Positions 21,973 through 33,567 of a DNA stretch of 64,000 nucleotides are shown in pieces. A program made the position numbers and the translations under genes. Within the stretch, counting starts at the first letter, position 1, and every line of letters starts with the position of its first letter. Under the pieces are notes generated by a model, which did not search any database, was not told where the DNA came from, and worked only from the letters and a program-made list of their open reading frames with translations. This stretch comes from Octopus sinensis (taxonomy: Eukaryota): positions 117,676,001-117,740,000 of the forward strand of contig NC_043002.1 of the NCBI RefSeq assembly GCF_006345805.1, written 5' to 3'.

Positions 21973-23193
21973 TTGGGTCATCCCATAAATAATGTGGCTT
22001 TTTCAATTGCATGAACTAAAAGTCGACAGAGGGAAGGGATAAACTATCTCCATCAACTTGCTATAAAAGCAGGTAGTAATTTTACCTTGTGCTTATTCTT
22101 AGTGTAAGTTTTGAAGAGTGCCGTTCGATTTTAACAATTTTTTTTTTCAAAGTTATAATGGCAGTAACAAAGGAGCATAGCTGGCATATTTTGCTTTATG
22201 AGTTCAATAAACGAAACAACACAATGGAAAGTGCGAGGAATATTTATGCAGTATATGGGGATCCGACAACAAGCATAAGCCAGTGTGAATGGTGGTTCCA
22301 GAAATTACAGCCTAGAAGATGAGCCTTGTCGTGGAAGATCTGTAGAACTTGACAAGGATGTCCTGCAAACTCTGGTGGAACAAAATCCCATTGCAACTGT
22401 TTGAGGAACTAGCAGAGAAGCTTGGATTTGGTCATTCAACCATTCGACACCTGTGTGCCATCGGAAAAGTCAGCAAATTGGGTCAGTGGGTTCCTCATAA
22501 ACTTTCCAAGTCTAATCATGCACAGAGAGGGAATGTGTGCTCTTCTTTGCTGTCACATATCATGAATGAACTGTTTTTGAACCGAATAGTGCCTGGTAGC
22601 AAGAAATGGGTTCTCTATAAAAATGTGAGGTGCCAAAGACAGTGGGTAGGGAAAGGAGAAACAACGGCTCCCCAGCCTAAAGAAGGTCTTCACCCATGAA
22701 AGGTTTCGTCTACTTTGAACTTTTAAACCCAAACCAAAGGAGATTTATTGTGAGCAACTTGATTGGCTTATGTTAACGCTAGGAGAAAAATGATCATCTT
22801 TGGTTTCAAGATGAAAGCTGTTCCTCCATCAGGATAATGCTCGGCCACATACAGGGAGGATGACATTCCAAAAGCTGGAGCAGTTTGAATGGGAAACGAT
22901 GCCCCACTTACCATATTCACTGGACATTGCCTCATTATTTGTTCTGCAGTCTTCAAAATCATTTGGCCGGAAAAAATATGAATACTGTAGACAAGGTCAG
23001 AACAGTACTGGCGGTGTATTTTACGTCACGGACAAGTTAATTTTGGAAGAGGGGCCTTGCAAGTCTAGCAGATAGATGGAAGAAGATTGTAGAAAATGAA
23101 GGAGAGTCTATTTTATATTACAAAAGAACTTTATCTTAATTTTGAAAAATAAAAAAATATAAAAAGAACTGCATTGTTTATAGGATGACCCAA
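21973..23193 (+). mobile_element. Full-length but decayed mariner element (1221 bp)
   Basis: TIRs ttgggtcatcccataaataatg / cattgtttataggatgacccaa, TA on both flanks; transposase pieces GKVSKLGQWVPHKL, KKWVLYKN, PHLPYSLDIAS in broken frames. Confidence 0.9.
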
Positions 23194-23402
23194 TATATTT
23201 AATAAGGGTTCCAAATGTTAGTAAATGTAGATGTTACCAATTGTTTTATGAGGCAGATGTAATGTCTGTACAAATCTGAAATACATCTTATCTTTTGCCA
23301 GAATGGAAAGATTAGAAGTTATGTAAATCTCTGTTTTATATTGTCATGGGAACATCTGCTTATAGTCTTCCATATATATATATATAAATCTCCATATATA
23401 TA

Positions 23403-23447
<45 letters not shown>

Positions 23448-23744
23448 TCATCATCATATATATATAATGTATTTCAATTAATAAGTCAAAATACTCAATA
23501 GCTTTCTAAACTGTTTAATCTAGATAAAATAATATTTATTAATTGTTACACCATTGTAATTACCTCTGCTTTCGTTTGTAATTACTCCTGTGTGGAGTCA
23601 ATAATGTAACATAGTAACAGCTTTGGCACAGTAGAGGTGATGTTTTCAACTGAAGAACTGACCAAAGAAAATGCCCCTGGAGGGCAGTTCTTTTCAAATT
23701 TATGGATTTTCAGGTTCAACATGTTTCAAATAAGTCATGTTTGT

Positions 23745-24020
23745 TTGTTTGTCCGTAGACAAAATATTTCAAAAACTGCTGCATGGATTCGGATGAAACT
23801 TGCAGGGATGTTTGGCCTCATGACTGGCACAAACTGATTAGATTTTTTGGGATCGATCCGGTACCAGACAAGGATTCTGGATTATTTTTCCTGTTTTTTC
23901 CTAATTTTTAGCAGTCAAGATTATTTCAGATATTCTCATTTTAAAAATCATCTCTGTTTAATCGTTGAGAGGACGTTGGTGTTGCCTTGGCAGAGGTTTG
24001 CACTCTTTGAGTGCTCTTAT
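23745..24020 (+). mobile_element. Short interspersed repeat resembling Helentron-associated non-autonomous elements
   Basis: (gttt)n start and terminal ggcagaggtttgcactctttgagtgctct motif; pattern resemblance only. Confidence 0.35.
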
Positions 24021-25165
24021 TATTATTATGGATGGTGGTGGTCTGCCAGACAAAATGCTTAGCAGTATTTCATCTGTTGTTCCATCCTGGGTTCAATAAA
24101 ATAAGCACTAGTTGAACACTGGGATCAGTGTAATCAACTCATCCCCTCTCCCAAAATTGCTGCCCTTGTGGCAAAATTTGAAACTATTATTATTAAGGCA
24201 GCAAGCTGGCAGAATCATTAGCATGCTGGACAAAATGCTTAGTGACATTTTGTCTGTCTTTATGTTCTGAGTTCTGCTGAGGTCAATTTTGCATTTCATC
24301 CTTTCAGGGTCACTAAATTATGTACCAGTTGCATACTGGGGTTGATCTAATCGACTGGCCCCCTCCCCACAAAATTTCAGGCCTTGTGCCTATAGTAGAA
24401 AGACTTATTATTATTATTGTCATTATTATTAAGGTGGCAAGCTGACAGAATCGTTAGCATGCTGGGCAAAATACTTAGCAATGTTTCATCCGTCTTTAAG
24501 TTCTGAGTTCAAATTCTGCCGAGTTTAACTTTGCCTTTCATCCTTTTGGGGTTGATAAATTAAGTACCAGTGAAATACTGGAGCTGATGTAATTGACTAG
24601 TCTCCTCCCCAAAATTTTCAGGCCTTGTCTTTAGTAGAAAGAATTATTAGTGTTATTATTATTTTAGTCTGGAGCCGGCGGCTGCATGTTTGGAGGCCTG
24701 TAAATTTTTCCTAAAATTTGTGGTTCCATTGTTTGCTTTTACAGATTTTATTGAACTGTTGTCTTGATAACTCAACTTACCACAAGCAGGGCTAGCTCTG
24801 TTGGGGAAAAAATTCACCCTTTAGGGGTAAATTTCAAGATTTTGTAACTCAAAATTCGATATTTTGAAAACAAATATTTACAATGTGTTTCTTCAAAATG
24901 AGAGGTGCAGTGTTTGTTGTAACAGCCTTTTTGACATTTCATTCCCTCCACAACCTAATGTGGTTGAGAGGGAGAGGAAAAACAACATCACAACCATCAA
25001 CATCGACGGAAGCATGAAAGAGGGAGCTACTACCACTGTCGTCATGTGGACCAACCAGAACAACAACAACAATGAGCAAGAAAATGAAGAGAAAGAAAAA
25101 AGAATTTTGCGTACCAAACACCTGCAGATTTCACCACCACTTCAAACAGAAAAAAATGAGCATAG

Positions 25166-25301
25166 TGGCTGTGTGGTTAGTAGCTTGCTTACAAACCACA
25201 TGGTTCCGAGTTCAGTCCCACTGCATGGCTCCATGGGCAAGTATCTGACCAAAGCCTTGTGAGTGGCTTTGGTAAACAGAAACTGAAAGAAGCCCATCGT
25301 A

Positions 25302-25338
<37 letters not shown>

Positions 25339-25548
25339 CTGTGTCCGTGTTTGTCCACCCCCAACATCGCTTGACAACTGATACTGGTGTGTTTACGTCC
25401 CCGTAACTTAGCAGTTCAGCAAAAGAGACCGATAGAATAAGTACTAGACTTACAAAGAATAAGTCCTGGATTCGATTTGCTCGACTAAAGGCAGTGCTCC
25501 AGCATGGCCACAGTCAAATGACTGAAACAAGTAAAGGAGTAAAAGAGT
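25166..25548 (+). mobile_element. Abundant tRNA-derived SINE (gtggctgtgtggtaagtagcttgc family); other copies ~28190-28570(+), 37135-37260(+), 47690-48070(-), 49925-50065(-), 52368-52520(+), 55090-55420(+), 56576-56993(-)
   Basis: A-box/B-box-like head (ggttcagtccc), internal (AT)n/(GT)n, 3' gactgaaacaagtaaaagagt tail; copies align closely by eye. Confidence 0.9.
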
Positions 25549-28500
25549 AAAGCAATGATGACAGTTGCTTTTTCTGAGCAAGCAACGCAGATGTGTCGAA
25601 GGTGGAGTTGTCAGAAGAGGTGTTGGCTAGAGTAAAAATGCATCTAACCAGCACTGGCAGGACAGTCTACCTCAACACACCAGATGAAATGCAAAAGGAA
25701 ACAAGGCAAAAAACAATTATATACAGACATATATCTGTGAAGGCAAGGAAACTGGAAAGAGCTATACAATCCTAGGCCGAAAAATGTCTGAGACATGTGT
25801 GGAGTCAATAATGTAACATAGTAACAGCTTTGGCACAGTAGAGGTGAGGTTTTCAACTGAAGAACTGACCAAAGAAAATGCACCTGGAGGGCAGTTCTTT
25901 TCAAATTTATGGATTTTCAGGTTCAACATGTTTCAAATAAGTCCTGACAACTGAGGGTGATTGCAAAGACAAAGAAATAACAGTTTTTCTAACAATTTCA
26001 ACAGGGAGAACATGGGACAAAACATGTTATTTTCAATAACCTGGGAAATGCCAAGTTATTAATGTATAACGTTGGTATCTCAGTTCCTAGGAGGTGAGAC
26101 CTGTGTAGTCTATGTTTCATGTTAGTTAGAAATCTAAAAGGCATTTTTAAATTTCGTTATTTTCTTTAACCAGGTCAACTATTTCTGCTAGGGTAAGACA
26201 CAGGACTACTGTTTATAGTTCTCTGATTTACCTCCCTTAAATCCTTACAACGTTTATATCCTGTTTGTCATCATCATTTTAATGTCCACTCTTCCATGCT
26301 TGCATGGGTAAGAAATAGTGTATTGAGGCAGATTTTCTATGGCCAGGTGCCATTCCTGTTATCAACTATCACCTGTTTCCAAGCAAAATAGTATTTCCTC
26401 ATGGCCAGGCATGTTCTCATAGAATATTAGAACTGAATGACATTGCTTGTATGATGGTAACAACAATCATGTTTTACAACAATCATGTGTTTATCAAGGA
26501 AAGGAGACTCAAACATATATATTTGTATGCAACATGCTTTTTTTTTTGGTTTCAGTCTACCAAATTCATACACAAGGCATTAATTGGCCTGGGGCTATAG
26601 TAGAAAACACTTGCCCAAGGTGTCATGCAGTGGGACTGAACCTGGAACCACATGTTTGGAAAGCAAACTTCTTACCATAGAGTCACATCTGTGCTTATTA
26701 TTATTCTGCATCCAGCTGTTATAGTCTAAGTTGAAGCTCAAACAGTTTCTTACGACAAACACATTTTCTATGTGTTTTGATATGGCATTATAAAATTAAA
26801 AGATCTTTTTCCTTTTTTTAAAAAAAATACAATTAACTAACCTAGAAAGGTAGAATCAAATCAATTATAATTTCGTTGATTGATTAAAACTGGAACGAAA
26901 TAATTATAATTTTTTAATCATTAAGGATATTTTCAGGTAGGAAGCATTATTTAAAACTAATTGATAAAATGTAATTTTTGATAAAATTTGCTGTTTCATT
27001 ACGCAAATGTAATTATTTAATCATTGTTGCATAATTGATAACAGGCACTCAATAATAGATGACATGGTACATAGATATAGAGTATTTTTCTAGAGATAAA
27101 AAATAGGATATTGCATGTTGATTAGGTTAAAGTATTCAGATCTTTAGTGGAATTTCATTATGATTTACATTAATGCGTCTGGAGAATCAGTATTTTTTAA
27201 AAACAAAGGTTAAAATCTATGATAAGTTATTGAAATTTTAAAAAATTGTATTAGCCTAACTGCAGATAAACAGACATAGAGAGAAAAAAATGCATTAACA
27301 TAGCTGCAGATAAACAGACATAGAGAGGCAGTATCTCTCTCTCTCCCCCCCCCTCTTTTTTTTTTTTTAGATAAAATCCATGGCATACTTCATATCCAGA
27401 GAGAGGTTTCTTTCTTATCAGATTAGAATGTTTGAGATTTAGACTGGGGATTTTACAAATTCTTCAAACCTCTTTCATATTTGTATTGTGGTTTAAAATA
27501 GATTCTAATATAAATTTATTAACAAAGTTGTTCTTGAAATGTAAGATACAGCTCTCCAATTGATGATTAAGCAAAAATGGTCTAATCTTTAAAGAAGACA
27601 AATGGAACTGATATATTTAATATGTGGTTTTGTTTTTAGTTTTGAATTTATAAGCTAAAATATAGAAGTATGTAAAAGCTATATTTACTTTTTACTATAA
27701 CTCAAGGTCAGATGTTAGTGGAAGAATATAATGACATAAGGTCACAAAGAGTAAAATAATAGATAGATGACAGGCACAATTGAATCCAGTGGAATTTGAG
27801 TTTACACTGTAAAAAGATTTAACATAAGGGGAGCACTAATAGTTGATTATATTCAATGATGTTCTGTTTTATCATACCTTGAAGGACAAGAGGCTGAGTT
27901 GATTTTGGCATGATTTGAACTCAGAATGTAAAAGAGCTGTAGCTAAAATTTGCAAGAGATTTTCCCCAATGCTCTGGTGTACCTTACAAAATCTTACATT
28001 AAGAACTGTTGAATTCATTGAAACATAGAAAATGTAATATTAAAATATATATTTGTTGATGCTTAATACGTGACACCCATTGCATCATTCGTCTGTTGAG
28101 CTTCCTGTTAGTCATAAGGCCTTTAAATCTTTAAAGCTTCTTTCCTTGAACTGCTGTGCTCTGGAACTTACTGTTATTAAATATATATGCAGGAGTGGCT
28201 GTTTGGTAAGTAGCTTGCTTACCAACCACATGGTTCCAGGTTCAGTCCCACTGCGTGGCACCTTGGACAAGTGTCTTCTACAATGGCCTCGGGCCGACCA
28301 AAGCCTTGTGAGTGGATTTGGTAGACGGAAACTGAAAGAAGCCTGTCGTATATATGTATGTGTTTGTGTGTCTGTGTTTGTCCCCCACAACATCACTTGA
28401 CAACTGATGGTGGTGTGTTTATGTCCCCATAACTTAGTGGTTCGACAAAAGAAACCGATAGAATAAGTACTAGGCTTACAATGAATAAGTCCTGGAGTCA

Positions 28501-29888
28501 CTTTGCTCGACTAAAGGCAGTGCTCCAGCATGGCCACAGTCAAATGACTGAAACAAGTAAAAGAGTAACAGAGGTAGTGTTAATACTGAGAGGTGATATT
28601 TATCCCCACTTAAACATGGATGTTCTGTCAGAACAACTTTACTAGCTTTTGGTGCAAAATACACTCTGCTAGCGATATAAACAAGAGTGCTTTTGCACCA
28701 AAAGCCAATATGGGAGGTCCTCTTATGGTATCTACTGCAGTATAGTTTGTTCTAACATTCACATTTAAGAGGAGATAAATATTACTTTATTGTTTTTGTC
28801 GTGTTTCCTTCTGGACTATGATATTCAGCCCTTTAAACTTTCTGTCAATCAACATCTTTTGAATTTGTAGGCCCTCTTCTTTTCCTTACACTATGGTGAC
28901 TTCAATTATTGTTTTGTACAAAAAAGATAAAAGAAAACCAAGAAGATGGTATTGATTATTATGTTATTGTTATCATTAATTAGTGTGTATTATATTTTAA
29001 CGAGCAGTCATTTTGCCTTCCTTGAATAAGTTGATTTGATGGTAAACATTTAGAGACCCAGATCTAGTATTCTACAAATAAACATAAATTATTTATGATA
29101 TTTGCAAATCTCCATCACTTTCTTTTGCTTCCCTTTTCTCATATATCTATAATATCAGAATTTTGTGTTAAATCTTACTAAACTATTTACTATATTTCTT
29201 CAATTTCAAAAGTTCCTATTAAGAAAAATAACATTTTGTTTCTGTGAACTTTTTTTTTTTTAGGTGACAATTATTAATTATTAAAACAGTTTGAATAAGA
29301 ACATGCGGTGCCCCAGCATGGCCACAGCTCATGAGCTGAAACTAGAATCAATCAATCAATCAATGCGATCATTCTTGTTTGTTTCGGTTGGTTCTGTGCT
29401 GTGCAACTATTGAAGGCATTTGGTGCTGCATTGATGTTTTTTTTCTTTCTCCCATTGTTTGTATTTTTTTTTGTTTTTATTTGTAAAATACATTCCCACA
29501 TTAGTTAATTATGATCTTCTTCATCTAAAGTTCCTTAATTAGCTCTTATTTTTGTGTAAAATTTAATAAACTATTTTCAGATTTCATGATTTTAGCTTTT
29601 TTTTATTTTCATTGTATTATTTACTGTTAAAATGTTGGCTAACATGTTGGGCTGTCTTGTACGGATGAATATATATTTAAAAAGGATTTGATTTTCTGTG
29701 ACACTAAAAATTGCTTATCATCATTTGGGAATTGACCTGTGGGTATCTTTCCAAACCATGAATCAAAATCCTGATGTGGGACAGGGATTCCACGACTGTT
29801 AATGAATGTGGGACACATGATGGTAAGAGATGCTTCTGTTCATGCCTGACACAACTCCAAGTTATGATTGATAGACGGTTATTGTATT

Positions 29889-30475
29889 TGTACAGTCACC
29901 GGAAGTAACTTGCACGGACACCGGAAATACATCTGCCATCACCAGAGAAAACAAAGCAACTACCCCCAGCGACTTGCCTGACCTTTCATTGGACAAAAGC
30001 TACCTACCTGCCATTCTATTGGACACTGGCTAAACATCACTGCTGATATTTTTGTATAAATAGACATCATAAATCGCTGTAAAGGCAGTTGGCTTTTTGG
30101 CACTCGACCGATGTAAATCATGTCCCTCTCGCCTGCCACGCTCGCCACTCACGCCGCCTCGAACCTTTGTACTGCTATTTCCCGCCTGAAATAAATCGCT
30201 GTATAAACTTACACCTCTTGTCTGCTCGTCCTTTCAACTACTGCTTTCGTCTGTCCAGTTTTGCTGATTACGACCACAGTCCTTTTCAGGGCTAATTCAA
30301 GTCTGATCTGAATGCGATAACAGTCCTTTTTAAGACTACTCTCAGATCCGATCTAATTACAATAACAGTCCTTTTTAGGACTATTCTTGGATCAGATCTA
30401 ATTGCGATAACCGTCCTTTTAAGGGCTACCCTCAGATCAGACCAGAAGTAGTGGCCAAGAATCATACCCGCTACA
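29889..30475 (+). mobile_element. Solo LTR (587 bp), probably gypsy-type
   Basis: TGTA...TACA termini; 4-bp TSD tatt (29885-29888 / 30476-30479); CCAAT-like cattgg/tattgg, tataaat and aataaa in LTR order; ~45-bp tandem repeats near the 3' end. Confidence 0.7.
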
Positions 30476-33400
30476 TATTTTTATCGTTTTTGTGTCTTTT
30501 TCTACATTATCATGAAAACTATTCAGATAGTTTACATTATTGGTGGTTTATTTCACAATATCATAACATCTGATCTAAACTGAAATAGATTTGGGATTTA
30601 TATTTGCTAAAAGGCACTTTGAGTTAATTCATAGTATGTGTGCAGAATATGTAGTCCCTGCAGCAGAATGTAAACCTTTATCATATGGAACCATGAGTTC
30701 AGGGTCTTCTTTAATGTAAGACATAAAAAAAACATGATTTTGAAGATGATAGATATTAATCACCTTCTAAATTATTTAGAGAAGGTAAGGTAGTACTAAT
30801 GACCATTTTTTTTTCAAGATCTTTGTGACAGGTGGAAGAAGGAGAAAATTACCCTCACACTGAGGCATTAATTAAGTGACGGCAGAATGTAAACTCTACT
30901 TCAGCTACTCTAAGGATCAGGTGGTGCTGCTAAACTTGTGACAACAGAGTGGACTCCACTAGAGGTATCTTGAGGGACAGGTGTTAAACTAGGTAACTGA
31001 GTGAATTCTACTGAAGGTACCCTGAGGATTAGTTTAAAACTGGGTGGCAACACAGTGGACTCTACTAGAGGTACCTTGAAGGCCAGGTGGTGCTAATAAA
31101 TTGGTTGATGGATCAAGTCATCTGAAAACAAATACTCTCTATCCAGTGAGTTTCCACACAATTTCTGTTTGATCAATTTCACTAATAAAGCTTTAATCAA
31201 TGCAAGACTTTCATAGAAATAATCTTGCTGGTTGTATTATGATATATTCTCAAACATTTCACATTTTATTTCTTAGCCTGTGGATGTTTCTGTATTTGGT
31301 TTATCTTTCACAGCATTAGGGTGAATAAGCTACAATAACCAGTTTAATCAATGATCCAATCTTATTAAGATAAATGATGTAAGGATGATAATAGGTGCTT
31401 ATGTCAAAAGAAAAAGAAGAAAATAACTTCTATAAACTCCTGATCTTTTCTGACATATCTACAATCTTTTTAAAATTGGAATATTGCAATAATTAGCTGT
31501 CAGTGACTCACACACAACTTATTTTTACCCAAGGTATATTGAATTAGTAGTCCCAATTAGTAGATCCACAATATTGTCAACACAAACTATATCATGCCAT
31601 TTCCTATACATGCAATACAGAAACACCAACCTTCAACTAGATGTGTATAATTATACACAACAAAACTCTAAGATAGTATGGTTTCCTTGTTGAGATTTTA
31701 AAAAAACTGTGATGTTTGGATTTACAAACAGATCGTGTGTGAATGTGTCAGCGAGAAGACCAAACAAAGGCAGCTGCAACTATCTGGCCACTGCATGAAC
31801 CACCCTGAACTGGAAGCATCCAAATTAGTCACATGGAACCCACTTCATGGTGATGTAAGATGAGGAAAACATTGTCACACTTACTTTGAAAACTTAATTG
31901 CAAACACTGGCCTGGAATGAATCCAGGACCTTAAGTCAGTGACGTTGGACTGGGAGGTGTGGTGAGTGGACCATGTTGCTGTGGCTCAGGTTAGAACCCA
32001 GCCATAATAAAAAAATGTGTGCATGTGTATGTATACACACATATGCATACAAGGTGCAAGGAATATTGTCTGTCTAGTTAAATTTAGTACACTTCTCATT
32101 TTCTAAGCATATAAACCAATCAATAATCTCTGTGGTGTCATAATTTTGGCTTTGAGTGTTGGTATTATCTTGACTATAATTTTTTTACTTGGGAAGGATC
32201 TTTATCCTTTATCCAAATCCTATGAGATTAAGACTGTGAGGTAGATTACATCAAGATTTAAATACCCATTTCAGGATGATGTTAACATTCACCATGCCAT
32301 CGTTTTGGTTGGCATAGTTAAAATGGAAAGCTATCCACCACTCTGTCATATGAAAGAGTTAGTCTTCCCTATGAGCAACTTCGTTTGGAATATCCTTCAT
32401 GAAAAACAGCCAAGCGGAATTTCTCTATCCAGAAGGTAATCATCCAAGAGATGAACAATAATAGAGGGGTGATACAGTATATGAAAGAGGATTTGGTTAC
32501 CTCATTCAGTATTGATGCCTGACCATCTCCATATTTTTACTTGTTATTACTCTGTAATTGCCAAAAATATTTCCTGGATTTTCAATAATTTGTGTGAATC
32601 ATTTTCTCCTACTGAAGCATCGTTCCCTTCCACACTCATGTACATCCTATTAGCAGTATATACATGAGATTGACTGAGGTAACTATCTGCATTTCACATA
32701 TACCTTTTCATACACCCTTCCCCCCACACACACACACACATGTATTTAAGGGTATCCTGAAAGGCCTCGTTGGAGGCCCAACCTTCCAGCTTCTTTTACA
32801 GGGCTTAGAAAAACTGAAGGACCACTTTCATAGTTTCTGTTTCTGTTTCATAGAAATAATCTTGCTGGTCGTATTATGATATATTCTCAAACATTTCACA
32901 TTTTATTTCTTAGCCTGCAGTTTGTGGATGTTTCTGTATTTGGTACATGAGTGTGGAAGGGAACAATGCTTCAGTAGGAGAAAATGATTCACACAAATTA
33001 TTGAAACTCCAGGAAATATTTTTGGCAATTACAGAGTAATAACAAGTAAAAATATGGAGATGGTCAGGCATCAATACTGAATGAGGTAACCAACTGACTT
33101 TCACAAATCCTCTTTCATATACTGTATCACCCCTCTATTATTGTTCATAATTTTGTGTGAATTTGAGAAGAGGAATATATTGAATAAAATTATAATTAAC
33201 TAATCCTCCTGTGTTTTCAGGATGGCCTGCTGTGTTAACCTTGGATCGTAGGGTGACCCGCTGTGAGACCTATTGAGGAGACCTATTGAGTCAAGTACAT
33301 CAACATTAACATCAAAATGAAAATCAAATGGAAACTGTAGTTGTGATACCTGTGCTGGTGGCACGTAAAAATCACCCACTACACTCACGGAGTGGTTGGT

Positions 33401-33567
33401 GTTAGGAAGGGCATCCAGCTGTAGAAACTCTGCCAGATCAGACTGGAGCCTGGTGCAGCCTCTTGGCTTCCCAGACCCAGGTTGAACCGTCCAACCCATG
33501 CTAGCATGGAAAACAGATGTTAAACAATGATGATGATAATATATATATATATCTACATACATATATA

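Noticed and set aside
24864-25775. ORFs 24864-25262 and 25593-25775 as a host gene
   Set aside because: Low complexity, interrupted by a SINE, no recognisable domain or consistent splice sites
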